Below, one piece after another: positions 47,243 through 61,945 of a DNA stretch of 64,000 bases. Below the pieces are notes generated by a model that was given only the letters and a program-made list of their open reading frames with translations, was not told the DNA's origin and searched no databases. Positions within the stretch are counted from its first letter, which is position 1; each line of letters opens with the position of its first letter. Source of the stretch: the human T2T-CHM13v2.0 reference genome, Homo sapiens; NCBI RefSeq assembly GCF_009914755.1, contig NC_060941.1, one strand, 5' to 3'. Both the position numbers and the translations under genes were made by a program.

Positions 47243-49458
47243 CGCCTGCGCGCCCCTCGGGCTGCACCGGCACTGGCCGAGCGGAGGGCGGGGCCGTACT
47301 GCGGGGCTGGGGCGGGGAGCGGGCGGGAAATGGAACTGTGACGGTCCCGGCCTGAGGCCCCTGCAGCCACGCACCTCCCGGTGAGAAGCAGAGCGCGAGA
47401 GGGAGCCCTCCGTAACTGCCCAGCCCTGCCCCTTGCCCCCGTGGCTTCCTGGGACAGCCGCCTTCAGTGCTGTATTTAGTGCAGTGCCCGGCCCGACCCG
47501 CGGGGGTGCCACAGCCTTTTGGGATGGGGGTGAGCGTGCAATGGAGGCTGGGGGTGGCGAGGTGCCGCCTTGGCCGGGCCCCCACGTGTCTTCTCCAGAA
47601 TGTGTCTGTCTTTGCCTGGTGTCTTCCTTTCCCGTGTCCGCCCACCCCAGCGTCTGTTGGTACTTACCTGTCTCACCTACCCTCCAGTCCCCTCCCAGCT
47701 CCGCTCACAGGGCTCTCATTTCGTCCATCCCCTTGTCGCAGATCCTGGCAGCTTCTTTGTGAGGCCAGGCCTTCTGACTGTCAGCACCACCGGCACAGGG
47801 CAGAGATGCGGGTGGCCCAAGGACCACGATCAAGGGGTCCGGGGGACCGAGGTCCCAGATCAGTGAGGGGAGAAGGTTGAGCTCTCCGGCTTCCAGGGAG
47901 ACCTCCCCGCCCAGCAGCCCCCAGAGACACAACAACCTACCTTCCAGCCTTAACTCGATGGTCCGTCCCTGCCAGGTGCCCCTCACTCTTCCTGACCCCA
48001 AAGCCAGATCACCCCCTGGGTTAAAACTTTTTTTCTTTTTTTTTTTTGGACAGAGTGTGGAAAGGGAGCCCCCCAAAGGATAGCTTCTTTTTCATGATGC
48101 CAGGCTCCAGTCCTTTATTCCCTTCTGCATACTGCAATCTGATCTGTCAGACTGGGGAATGTTGGGTTCTGGGGTCTGGTCGTGGGCAGGATGGTGCCCA
48201 GAAGGGGGTTAGGTTGTCCCAGTGAAAATTCTGTTGCCCCGTCTCAACCCCATCTGACTACCCCAGACTCTGCCTGCCTCAGATCTCAGACTATCCTGAT
48301 TAATCTGGGGAAGAACAGAGCCAGGGAAAGAATGGTGGGGACCCCTGTACTTGGGGGAGACACACCTGCATCTTCCTCCTGCCACAGATGGAGGCCCTCA
48401 GGATCTGACACCCTCTTGTCCCAACACCAGTCAGCCCTATACCCTAACTCACTCCACCCCATTTTCTCCGGCTGCCTGGCCGGGTTTCTACCTCTCGTCA
48501 CCGGAGCTGATCACTGTCAGTTTTGTACCGATTTAGAAATAACAATAATAATGAAGATTCTAGGAATGGCATGAGGGATTGATGGGGGACTTGGAGGGAG
48601 GGACAAGTGGTGCCCTGTCCCCTGCTCCCCTGGCCAAAGAAAGCTGTCCTTGAGGCTGAGCCCTCAGCCCTGGCCTGGTGGGGGGACAGCAAGGTCCCTT
48701 GTTATAAGAGGGGCAGAGAGGACAACTCCGCTTTGGCCAACCTAGCCAAGGCTGCAGCATATAGACCAGGAAATCAGGTAGCCCAGACTGGTGATGGAGC
48801 AGAGTCTGGGGGAAGGGTCGTGGGTGGGGAATTTATCACCAACATCCATTGTAGGGGGAATCTATGATTCTGCTTCCCCAGCGGATTCCCACTCTGTCCA
48901 CCAAGTGGGGGGTAGCACAGCCTCACAGCAACCGCCCTGACCTTGGGCAGTCTAGTGTTCCTGCATTCTAGTCCCTGCTGTGCTGCAGGACTTTGGGCAA
49001 GTGACCTGCCCTCTGTGAGCCTCCCTCTGACACAGAGGAGGTGGCTCCCCTTCCCCACACCTTAGAGTGGCTGGGAGGGTAACAAAGAGGGCCTGCCCCT
49101 TTAGTCTCCTGCACCCCTGCCCCCTGGTTCACCAGAGGGAGCGGATGAAGGATGGCAGCATCTCACATGCCCCATCACCAACTCTGAGGCACCTGGGGTG
49201 GGGGGGCGGAGCCCAGGCCTCTGGCTGCTCCCCTGTGGGAGCCATTGGAATGTATCCCCTGACAGGCCCCCTTCCGCCTCCACCTCAACCCAGGTCTTGG
49301 ATTTCAGGTCCCTCCACCCCCATTCTGAGTCTCTGTCCTTCTCCTTCCACCCGCTCCCAGGGTTTCCCACCACAGGGTCTGGAAGTGTGTGTGACGCCCA
49401 TTGAGCTGTTACCCGAAGTCAGATTAAAAATCAGGGAGTGTTTTCCCTCGTTTCTGTA
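47243..49458 (+). other. RASL10B: RASL10B 3'UTR; ATTAAA polyA signal at 49423-49428
   Basis: Repeat-free sequence after the stop; ATTAAA followed by a U/GU-rich tract; end approximate. Confidence 0.7.
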
Positions 49459-50147
49459 CCAAGGTGTTGGCTCCATTCCTCATGGTAGGAGGGGAGGGGT
49501 CCCCACAGGGCTTGCCTGCTGAGCTCCGTGTGGAAGGAGGGTGAAGGTGGTGAGGTGGCCCCCAGTCCCAAAGCCCAGGTCAACAGGGAGACCACCGGTG
49601 AAGAGTTTGGGATTTATCACCTTTCCACCTAACCCCAAACCCTCCAGCTAATTCCAACCATTCAGAAGGGAAGCAGAACTTCTCCCCTGCCACTGTCTGG
49701 AAAATTTCCATAATGGGACTCAATCCCAGCTTCTCCGTCTGCGTCTCGTCCTTCCCACTCAAGGCTGAGACTTTACAGCCTCTCAGTCATAACTTCTTGG
49801 ATGTAGATGTGTTAGGAACACTTTCAGCCACCCGTCTTGTCCCTGAGTGATCTCAGGTCCCAAACTCCAGAGCAAAGCTTTGAAATCTTGGGCAAGGGTG
49901 CCTTGTGGGAGCCTGTGTGTTGAGGGCAGGACTGGTCTCTGTCCGTGGTGCTGACCCACCAGCCACTTCCAGGAAAGATGGGGCTGCCTGGCAAGGTTGG
50001 CTGAGCCTCAAAAGAGGAAGCCTCTCTCACCACCAACTCCTTCCTTCTAGTCCCCATCTCCTCCAGTGGGATAACATCTGAAGCTATACCTCCCCGCACC
50101 ACCACAGTCCTGGAGTGAGGGACTCAAGAAGCTGGGGGGCAGGGGGA

Positions 50148-50437
50148 GGCAGGTTCAGTGGTTCACATCTTTAATCCCACTGCTTTGGGAGGCCAAGGCA
50201 GGAGGATCACTTGAGGCCAGCCTGGACAACATAGTAAGACCCCATCTCTAAAAAATAAAATAAAATAAAATTAGCCAGGTGTCATGGCACCTACCTGTAG
50301 TCCCAGCTACTTGGGAAGCTGAGGTGAGAGGATCACTTGAAGCCTGGGAGTTCGAGGCTGCAGTGAGCCATGATAGCGCCACTGCACTCCAGCCTGGGTG
50401 ACAGAGCAAGACTCTGTTTCTGAAATTTGAAAAAAGA
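50148..50437 (+). mobile_element. Alu (AluJ-like) between the RASL10B and GAS2L2 3' ends
   Basis: Dimer; flanked by an aagaagctggggg duplication. Confidence 0.9.
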
Positions 50438-50468
50438 AGCTGGGGGCTCAAGGGCAGAATCACATGCA

Positions 50469-50474
50469 TTTAAT
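50469..50474 (-). terminator. GAS2L2 polyadenylation signal (ATTAAA on minus strand)
   Basis: tttaat on the + strand about 320 nt past the stop; 3' end expected near 50450. Confidence 0.65.
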
Positions 50475-50790
50475 AACTTATGGGAGTTATGGAAACAGGT
50501 GGGCATGGCCAGGGGCCAGAGGCCAGGAGTGTGGTGAGCCGTTCTAGGGGAGAGTAATGAGATACAGGATGGTCCTACTGCCCCTGGCCTACCTCTGGAG
50601 TTGGAGTGAGAGCAGTGGGTTGCCCCTTTGCTCAGATGAGCAGATGGAGTCTATATTTGTCTTCTGACCCACTCCTGCCCAAGGCCCTGTGTGGAGGTGA
50701 GGGAACATCCCTTCTGTTCCCGCAGCTGTGAATCCAGTGTATACATGGCCATCCTTTTTGCTTCCCTCCTACCCAACACGCTCATGTGCC

Positions 50791-52348
50791 TCAGACCCAG
50801 GACTCCTCCTCAGGTGGAAGTGGAGCTTGATTAAGCCAGTGAGGTTGCAGGCCCTCTGGAGGTTGGGGGCTGCTCTCCAATGGAGCGGCTGGCTCTTTCT
50901 CCTCCTTTCCTTCCTCCTCCTCCTCACCTACTGAAGCTCCATCCACCCGGGATGCCTCCCCTCCCTTGCTGCCCAGCACAGCTCTCAACAGCCTGTCCTT
51001 GGGGGGCTGCCTGGCTGGACCCAGGAAGACATAGGCCAGTGGCCTGGGGATTCGTGAAGGCTGCTTCTCAGGCCTGTGGTCTCTCCGGGGCCGAATCCTG
51101 GGTCTCAGCTTCAGCTTGTAGATGGACGGGACCCTCTTGGGCTTCCGGAGAGTTCTCCTGCCCTTGCTCAGACATGCCTTGGCTTTGTCAGAGTTGGGGT
51201 CCAAGGGCGAAGGTGTGGGGGCCTCCGGGCTGGCAGACACAGTAGAAGCCGAGCAGTCCTGCCCTCCCTGAGGTGGGACCTTCCTCATGTGGGTGCCCTT
51301 GGCACTCAGGCTTGCCTTTGTCCTGGGCCCACTCTGTCTGGCTCCCAACTTCCCTTTGAGGCTTCCCGGTCCTGGGGTAACAGCTGGCTTAGGGGAGCCA
51401 GTCGGGGCTGCCTTCCAGGCTTCCAGGTCCACTTTAAGGAGGGATGGGGACCCCTGAGCCAGTTCTTGGATGGCTTTGTCATAAGGACCCCCAGGCTCAG
51501 GCCACTGCCCAGCCAGCCTGGGGATGTAGACCCCACTGCGAGGGATGACCCCAGACCTTGTGCCCTGCGGACAGGCACTCCTGACTTCTAGCAGCTTCAT
51601 GTTGCCCAAAATCTCCTCTTCAAGGCTACAGTAGATGGCTTGCTCCTTGTTCCCGCCCAAGGGCAGAGGTGTGTACCGCCCCTCCTGCTCCTGTAGGCCC
51701 AGGTCCCAGGACTCTCTGGCCTCTGCCATGACCTGGATGTCCAGCTGCTGGTCCTCCTGCCTCACTTCCACAGAGCAGTCCCCATGCGTGGACCCAGCCA
51801 GGTCCACAGTGACGGCCCTTAGTGGGATGGGGTCTCTCCCAAGTTCTGTCCTGGGACTTCCACTTGTAGCACCAGGAAAGCTCCTTCCTGGTGTTGGGGG
51901 GCGAGCAGGGGGCAGCCGGATGGGGATCTTGGTTAGGCCTTGGACAGGGGTTGGAGAACGGACAGACTCTGGCTCCCTGAACTGGAAGAACGCACCCTTG
52001 GCCTCATCCCGGAGTGGCAGCCTGAGGCCCAGGCACTCGGCTGGGCCAAAGGAACGAGGCAGGGGAGATGGTCCTCTTGCTGATATCCCTTTGGTGGTGG
52101 CCTCAATGGCTCGGAGTCTTTGTGGGGTGGGGTTCCCGGCGTCGGTTCCCCAGCTGTCTGTTTCTTCATGAACCCAAGATGTGGGAATCCTTCCCCTGGG
52201 GAGTTCAGGGGGGTATCTCTCCTCCCTCTTTCCTGACGAGGTACACTGTGGGTCTCGGCCTTTTTGGGTAGATGAGGACTGGGGGCTGGGTGGGCTGTCC
52301 CCAGCTGTCGGCTGCCTCCAAGATGGGATGAGAGACCTCTCCTGGCAC
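50791..52348 (-). CDS. GAS2L2: GAS2L2 exon 6 coding part (long disordered C-terminus with SxIP motifs)
   Basis: Within ORF 50791..52365; 1558 nt; exon total 2643 nt = 880 aa + TGA; TKIP at 51922-51933 and SRIP at 51046-51057. Confidence 0.96.
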
Positions 52349-52952
52349 CTGAAAGGGAGAATCACAAGGCTGCAAAGGGAGACTCATCAGGCCGGCAGGG
52401 TCATCTAGTGTGGTCCCTGGCTTTGGGAAGTGACAGTCTTTCCCCAGTGAGAACACCCAGGAGGCTAGACTTCACGCTGAATGAAACCTATGCTCCCTCT
52501 CCTCCGTGACTGCCCAGAAATCCTCCTTATGGCAGTCACTGCCTAAGTCTATTCGCCCTTGTTCCCTGTGTAGCAGATAGAAGGAAGCCTGATCCTGGCC
52601 TGAGGTGACTTCAGATCCTTCGAGGGATGGCCTCAGACCAGTTGCAGGGCAGTGGAGAGACAGAGGGGAATGCACAGTCTCTGTCTTAGTCTCTGCTCTA
52701 CCATGAAATGGTAGGAAACCTTCAGTAAGTCTGTTCCATTTCTGAGCTTCAGCCTCCTCATCTGTGAAATGGGAAGGCATATGAAGTAACCACATTATCC
52801 CAAAGGTACTGGGTATGCTTCTGGTTCCAAAACCTGTGGTCTCGGGGTAGAGGCACTGCCGAGGATCTGCTCCTTTTATCTTGGAGTGTGGTGACCTCTG
52901 AGAATGTGCACTCCAAAGGAAAAAGAGCCCCATCCCTGTCTCTTCCCCATAC

Positions 52953-53205
52953 CTCAGGAATGGTGCCATCTCTCTGGAGGCCCCCGTCCCTGCTCCCCGT
53001 TCCCTGCGGGGTCTGGGGGAGGATGGGGTGGGGGGCCTCAGCCTTCGGTCTGAAGAGGTATATGTCTTCCAGTCCACAGGGGGTGGTGGGCTCTGTGAGC
53101 GGCTGATGGTCATTGTAGGCTGGGTCTGTGAGGGTCCATCCTGTACCCTTACTTCATGCTGCACTGGTGGGGCCGGGGGCTTCAGGAAGCTGCCTGGCTT
53201 GTGTG
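52953..53205 (-). CDS. GAS2L2: GAS2L2 exon 5 (Pro/Ser-rich linker)
   Basis: ggtag acceptor, AG|gtatgg donor; 253 nt; frame consistent with neighbours. Confidence 0.92.
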
Positions 53206-53586
53206 CTACCAACAGTCCCCCGGAGAAAGGAGAGGAGAGAAGGGTTCAGTTCCTGCCAATGGGGACCATTGTTCCTCCCCCAGTGGTCCCATGCCCCGCA
53301 TCCCACATTAAAAACAGTGGGACCTACAGTGGCAACACCGGAGTTTCTTTACGGGAGGGGCTTAGGGGACCCAGCTGGGGGATTTATTTAAAGCTATGTT
53401 TTTAGTGCGGGTACACAACTTTCCCTTAGAGCATGTGCTTATTTGGAGTGGCTGGAGGCGTTGATGGAGATTATGGAAGAATTAAAGACCCTCCAAGTCA
53501 CACTTGGTGCCAACACTGTGGATCCCAGAGCCAGACCTAAGCTCTGCTAAAATGCACCGTGGCCAAATGCTGCTTCTGCGTGTGTT

Positions 53587-53605
53587 GCCCGCCATCTTGT
53601 GGCGA
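53587..53605 (-). promoter_or_regulatory. CTCF core motif overlapping a YY1 motif (TCGCCACAAGATGGCGGGC)
   Basis: Good match to CCACnAGRKGGCG with CpGs retained; contains AAGATGGCG. Confidence 0.6.
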
Positions 53606-53785
53606 CATTTAGTACTGTACTGTGCCCAACTACTGCCTGCCTTCCTCCAGCCTCCCCCACACCTCCCCACCTACCGCTCCCCTCCTGGAGATCAGACATA
53701 CCTCCCACCTCTGCCTCCAGCCTCCCAACCCAGAGCTAGGCCTCTTCAACCAACCCCACAGGGAGAGGGCCCTCAGGGGACTCAC

Positions 53786-53882
53786 AGAGGGATGTGCAGC
53801 GGCAGGGGTCATGTTTGTCCAGGTAATGGCCCAGTGTGTCCCAGCCGCCCCCTACACGTACCATCACATGGTTCCGGAGGAT
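53786..53882 (-). CDS. GAS2L2: GAS2L2 exon 4 (GAR domain), [32 protein letters not shown]
   Basis: Hallmark MVRVGGGW motif; 97 nt; AG/GT sites. Confidence 0.97.
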
Positions 53883-54879
53883 CTGAGGGGGCAAGGGTGA
53901 GGTTAAGGGCGGGGTGGAGGGCAGCCCCTCTTCCTGGACCAGCTCGCGGGCTTCCGGCACTCACTCAGGGATGCTCTCATCCATGTACCCATCCACACGT
54001 AGATGTATGTGTGTGCTGTAAAAAGGCAGCCCGAATCTCCTCCTCCATGACTGGCATCAGATAACACATGCGGTCAAGGTGGGAGCCAGGCTGAAAGCTG
54101 TCCCACAACTGGTCAAGGGATCCCAAAGCCTGCCCCCAGAGCGCTCCTTTTGCTGTAAACGGTTTTGCATCTGTACATGCCTGTACCCAAAACAGGGCCC
54201 TAATGCCACTGGCTTTGCCCCTGTGGCCTGTGTGGAGAGCCCATGGGAGTCCTGGTCCCACTCCACCCTCAGGCAAGTCACATGTCTCTTCAAGCTTCAG
54301 CTTCCTGTGTTGGGAAGTGGGGCCACAGGTTCTTGCCCCTATCTGCATCACAGGGCTACTGCCTCAGGTCTAGGGGAGGGCCCAGAGAGCTGGCTCTGCT
54401 CCCAGGTTTGGCCTGTGCCCAAGGAAATGGCTGGGCCATGCCCCGAGCTGCTGGCCGCTCATGTGGGTACAGACCGTTTCTGGTGAGGCACAGCCAGGTA
54501 TTGGGGTAGGAGGCACATTTTCAGACCTGTGCTGCTACTCACTCTGCTGAATGTACCCCCAGGCAAGTGGTAGGGGTGGAACTATGGGGTCCATGTGGCT
54601 GGGGCCGTGCACTGAAACCAAACTTGGGGTTCTCAAGCTGCTTCCTCTAATCAAGTCTGTGGGTGGAGTGGAATGGAAAAGTGTGATCACCCTTCTCCAT
54701 ACCCCACTCTGCCTGAGAACATGCTCTAGATTAGGCTACAGTGGAGGAGAGGGAGGGTGGTGGCTCTGGCTGCCCTGATGAGAGGAGGAGATAGGCTTGC
54801 CACCTTTGCCAGGAATCTCCTGGAATTCTCCCAGGGTGAGAAGGAGAGCTCCAAGGCCTGATGGCTTGGGGTGAATGAT

Positions 54880-55046
54880 GACTTACTGTCATTGTCCTCA
54901 AGCCTGGACAAAGTCCCATATTCTGGGAGGTGTCATTGTTCCAAGCCTGGGCAAGGTCCCATATTCTGGGAGACTTAGTGTCATTGTCCCAAGCCTGGGC
55001 AAGAAACCCTATTCTGGGGGTCCCTTGACCCCCAGCCTGGACTTAC
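54880..55046. repeat. Degenerate minisatellite, ~43-48 bp unit x3 plus a partial unit, abutting the GAS2L2 exon 3 donor
   Basis: Unit tgtcattgtyccaagcctggrcaa...ccnattctggg repeated. Confidence 0.85.
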
Positions 55047-55154
55047 CCGGATGAAGATGAGGGTGTTGGAGTCACCCACACGGTACTTCCCCTCAGACAC
55101 TTTGACCATGGAGAACTGCACTGGGCACGTGCAGTGGCTCACAAGGCTCTGCAC
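55047..55154 (-). CDS. GAS2L2: GAS2L2 exon 3 (GAR domain), [36 protein letters not shown]
   Basis: ccgcag acceptor, CGG|gtaagt donor; 108 nt; GAR-domain signature. Confidence 0.96.
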
Positions 55155-56013
55155 CTGCGGGCGGGTGGTGAACTCAGCCCTCTCCTTTGCCCACTCTGGG
55201 TCAAAATGGGGGGCCTACCTGCCCCCCAGGTCACCCCTGAGGTTTCTGCTGAGGTCAGAGCTGGGGAATGAGAAGCAAGGAGGGAGTAGATAAGGCTGTA
55301 AATGACCCAGCGAGAACGAGACCTGGGTGGTCACCCATGGACCTACCTACCATGAGGTCCAGAGCTGATGGAAGCGGCAGAGTGCCACGGGGGGACTGTG
55401 GGATCTGACAGGCTCAGGTCAGTGCCCTGTATCCACTGCATCATAGGCTTTTCATTAAGAAAACTGCCTGAGCTCCATTTTCCCCAGGGGTTAACCACAC
55501 AGAACTAATTGCTGTGAAGTGGCCCTCTGTGCAGACCCTGTTCCAAACACTTTGTATGTGCTGGCTCATTTACTGATTACAGCATTCATAGAAGGTAGGT
55601 GCTGTTACTGTCCCCATGCTGCAGATAAGGGAAGCCAGACACAGAGAGGTTAAATAATTTGCCCAAAGTCACACAGCTGCAAAGCAGTGGAACTAAGACT
55701 TGAACCAAGGTGTCTCGGAGAGTGCCACAGTCGGTGTTCTTGAAAACTGTCCCAGCAGGGGTTAAATGAGAGGGGCATCCAGTGCTGGGTTGGTAAGAAC
55801 GCCTGAGAAATGACATGGCCATTAATTACTACGCGTGGTTAGGGTTGAGGCTCAGAGTGGAACCGTGCCTTAAAGCCACACAGTGAATTCGGGTCAGGGT
55901 GGACAATGGAGCTCAAGAAGGGGGTGGGTTAGTGGGGGCTGGAGTGGGACTGGGGAGAGGAGCACGAAGGACAAAGGGAAGGGGGCCCTGAGGGCGTGTG
56001 CAGAGCCCCTCAC

Positions 56014-56255
56014 CATCTGGTCCAGGTTGCGGAAGTGGCAGGGCTGGCGCCTGGGGGGCGCTGGCGGCGAGGGGTCGGGCGGGGGCAGGGCCAGCTCCCG
56101 CCGCACCTCCTCCTCGATCTCCTCCTCCAGCTGCACGAGTGTGGGCGCCGCAACACCAAAGCGCCACGCCCGGCGGCCCAGCTCCAGCAAACACAGCACC
56201 ACGTTCTTCACGTTCTTGCGCAGCACCAAGTCCTCCGTCTCGAACATCAGCACCT
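56014..56255 (-). CDS. GAS2L2: GAS2L2 exon 2 (end of CH domain, start of GAR)
   Basis: [31 protein letters not shown]...NLDQM; AG/GT sites; 242 nt. Confidence 0.96.
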
Positions 56256-57322
56256 CTGGAGTGGAGGCGGGGAGAAAAGGGCAGAGGCAGCGTGAGCCCC
56301 CAGAGGACCTGAGCCTCCGGGGCAGGGGCTAGCGGGGAGGAAAGCACTGGGGTCATCCCCGGTCTGGGGCAGCAGACATGGGGAGTGGTTTGGGTCTCAG
56401 AATCTTGGGGTCAAGTCAGCCCCCTAGGAGGGGTCTGGGCGGAATTGCTCAGGTGCTGGGTACAGACACGCGGCCCATCTCACAGGAGAGGCTGCGGGTG
56501 AGAAGAGGTGACAGCAAAGCAAAGGGACCTGGAGACTGGCTGTGACTGTGACTGTGGATGAGAGAAGGATGAACTCCACCTTCCCCTCTCCCCACTCAGC
56601 TTGCCTGGATGGGTCCAGGAGCAGGAAGCGGTTTGTTCCACTTTCCACCCACGCCTCTCTCCTCCTATCTCCACCAGGCATCTCAAACTCAGCTCCCACC
56701 CAGGCCCAACCAGGCATGCTGAGGACATGCTCTGGAGCCAACCACTAAGTCTGGAGTCCTGACTTATTACCAGCCGCATGACCTTGAGCTAGACCCTGAG
56801 CCTCAGTTTCCTCTTCTGTAAAATGGGGATGTAGTCTACTTCGTGGGGTTGTTGTGAAGATTGGATATGCTCATAGTTGCTAACCATTCACAATGTCCGG
56901 CACATGCAAGCATTCCTTAAAGCACTAGCTTCTATTAACCTTCCAATTCTGTTCCTCAGTGCCCAGCCACCAGCCAGTAGCCCAGGCCTGACCCTTTCCC
57001 CAGTCTCACCCCTGCCACCTTTGGCCTGGAGAATGGCACAACATCCAGTCTCATCCCATTCCTGGTTTCAAGGCCAATGAGATGAAGGATCCTGACATGT
57101 CACTCCCTGAGCCCTACAAGCCCCAGCATGATGGAGCCCCTCCCTGGCGTCATCCCATCTGTCTCCTCCCATGTTCTCTCCTCATCCTAGCCCTGTGCCC
57201 TCACCACCAGCCTCTCCCTAGTCATTCACACACCATGCTTTTTCTGCGCCTTTGCCCCTGTCATCCCCCCTGCTTAGAATTCCCTTCCCATAAACTTCTA
57301 TTTATCCCTCAAGACTCAGCCC

Positions 57323-58067
<745 letters not shown>

Positions 58068-58402
58068 TTCTGCCTCTCTTGCTAGACCATGAATTTGTTG
58101 GGCGCTGGGTCTCTTTCCTCTCTTTCCTTGGTGCCCAGCAAAGTGCTCAGCACAGAAGAGGTGCTTGATATATGCTTATTGAAGTAATCATCAACAAACA
58201 TTTATCAATCATCAATATATTTATTTATTGAGGATTTACTATGAGGTGGGGAAACTGAGGCATGAAAAAAGAGCTGGTTCAAGGCAAATCTAGAATGAGG
58301 ATCCAGGCTCCTGCCCCCCAGAGCTAGCCTGTGCATTTGAGAAAGGACCAATACCCCCCAAGATAAGCATCTGGAATGGGGACGAGGGTGCAGCGTGGTT
58401 AC

Positions 58403-58787
58403 CTTGGATGCCCATCTCCTTTCGACACCACTGGATGAAGTTAGAGACATTGTCCCTGGCCTGGAAGGTACCTGGCTGGGCGGCCCCATTGCAGGAGACC
58501 CCGACCCGGGGCATGGGAATCTTCTGGGCTTGGGCAGGTGCCTCAGCCAGGAAGGCCAGGGCAGCGTCAGTGACAACGTTGGCGTGTTGGCACAGCACCA
58601 GGCCCGTTTCCAGCACCTGCAGGAAGTTGGCTGCGTCGATGTCCAGCCCATAGAGGTCGCGAAGCCACTCAGCCAGGTCTTCCTTCATGGCCTCCAGGTA
58701 CTGCTCACTCGACTTGAAAGGCCGGATACTGCACACAGGCGGCCCTAGGGTCCTGGGCTTCCTCCTGCCTCCCGCAGGCTGGGACAT
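58403..58787 (-). CDS. GAS2L2: GAS2-like protein 2, exon 1 (start of calponin-homology domain)
   Basis: gccATG at 58787; [12 protein letters not shown]...[11 protein letters not shown]...[21 protein letters not shown]; donor G|gtaacc; 385 nt. Confidence 0.97.
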
Positions 58788-59809
58788 GGCTGGACCCCAG
58801 CAGGGCAGGAGGTGGGCACCTCCCCTCTCCCACTGCCGCCTCTTTCCTCCCGCTGCTGCTGGGTCTCGGCTGGGTTCTTCCTGATTCTGAGGTTCCCGTG
58901 TACTCGCTGAGAGCCCGGGACCTCCAGTGCTGCTACTTGCCACTGGCTTCAGCTGCCAGGCCTGGCCCAGCCCCTGCCCCCCCACATTCCTCAGTCCTTG
59001 CCAGAGCTTTCCCTGGTGGCCCTGCAGCAACCTTGCTCTCAGGCTGCCCAGTCCACTTGGAGTTCACCCCTCTGAGGCCAGATGGAAGTGAGGACACTCC
59101 TCTCTTTCCCCAGAGCTGGAGAGATCAAGCTGGCTGCCTCCTACCCTCTGCTGGCTGCGGCCACAGAGCCTGGGGTGGCTGCCGGCCTCCCCACTCTGCT
59201 TTCCTCCCCTCTCCTTGGAGACAGCGGCTGCTACAAACACTCCTTGTTAACCCTTCCCAGCAGGCGAGGACTGCCCTGCAGAACCAAGGGAGAGGGAGGA
59301 GAGGTTGGGGCTGGGGCTGGCTTCTCTCACGGGGCTGGCCAAATGGGAACTTTGGGGGAGTGGAGGGAAAGCAGGGGTAGGGGTTGCCATACCCCTTGGT
59401 GTTTAGTGAGTACAGGAGAATGGGAATGAAACAGACATAGAAATAGGGCCCAAAACTCATAAGTGTAGCCTTAAATCCTGTGTGACCATCATATACTACC
59501 TAGCCTCTCTGTGCCTTAGTTTCTCAACTGTAAAATGGGGGTAATAATGTTTACCTTTTTGGTGTGTTGTGAGGGATAAAGAAATAATGTATGTGAAAGT
59601 ATCAGACCATCAGAACTCACAGGCAGGCACAGGTCTGAGTGGGTCCCAGTTCTCCCGGCAGCTCTGTTAGCACCATGATCCCCACTTTCTCTGAAGAACC
59701 TGCCCCACCCCCCACACTAACCATGTGATTGCGCTACAGCAGGCTGTGGGTCATAACACCCTACCACCCCCATGGCCACAGCAATGCATTCATTCAACCA
59801 ACATTTCTT

Positions 59810-61185
<1,376 letters not shown>

Positions 61186-61385
61186 AGAGTAGGGACATGC
61201 TCTAATTCAGGCTGCTGTGCGAAGAAGAACTGCAGGGGCAAGGACAGAGTCAGGGGGACAGTTAGGCTACTGCAGTCATCCAGGGCAGAGCAAGGGTATC
61301 TTAAACCAAGTGGTGCCTATGGAGTTGATGACAAGTAGTCACATTCCATATTAACCCTTGAAAAGTTAATAGGATTGGTCCAAAA

Positions 61386-61945
<560 letters not shown>

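Noticed and set aside
47781-47800. REST/RE1-like tcagcaccaccggcacag in the RASL10B 3'UTR
   Set aside because: Left half matches, but the right half (GGACAG) and spacing are broken.
54880-55046. Repeat array resembling CRISPR
   Set aside because: Contiguous degenerate tandem units without unique spacers, in a human intron; no cas genes or other prokaryotic features anywhere in the window.
58788-59030. 81-codon in-frame extension upstream of the GAS2L2 ATG
   Set aside because: No upstream ATG in frame; gccATG at 58787 gives the expected 880-aa protein; the TSS cannot be placed from sequence.
59006-59392. X-box-like and forkhead-like words upstream of GAS2L2 (gtggccctgcagcaac, ctctccttggagac, tacaaaca, gttgccat)
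   Set aside because: Each is a half-site or off-consensus; plausible for a ciliary gene but not supportable from sequence alone.
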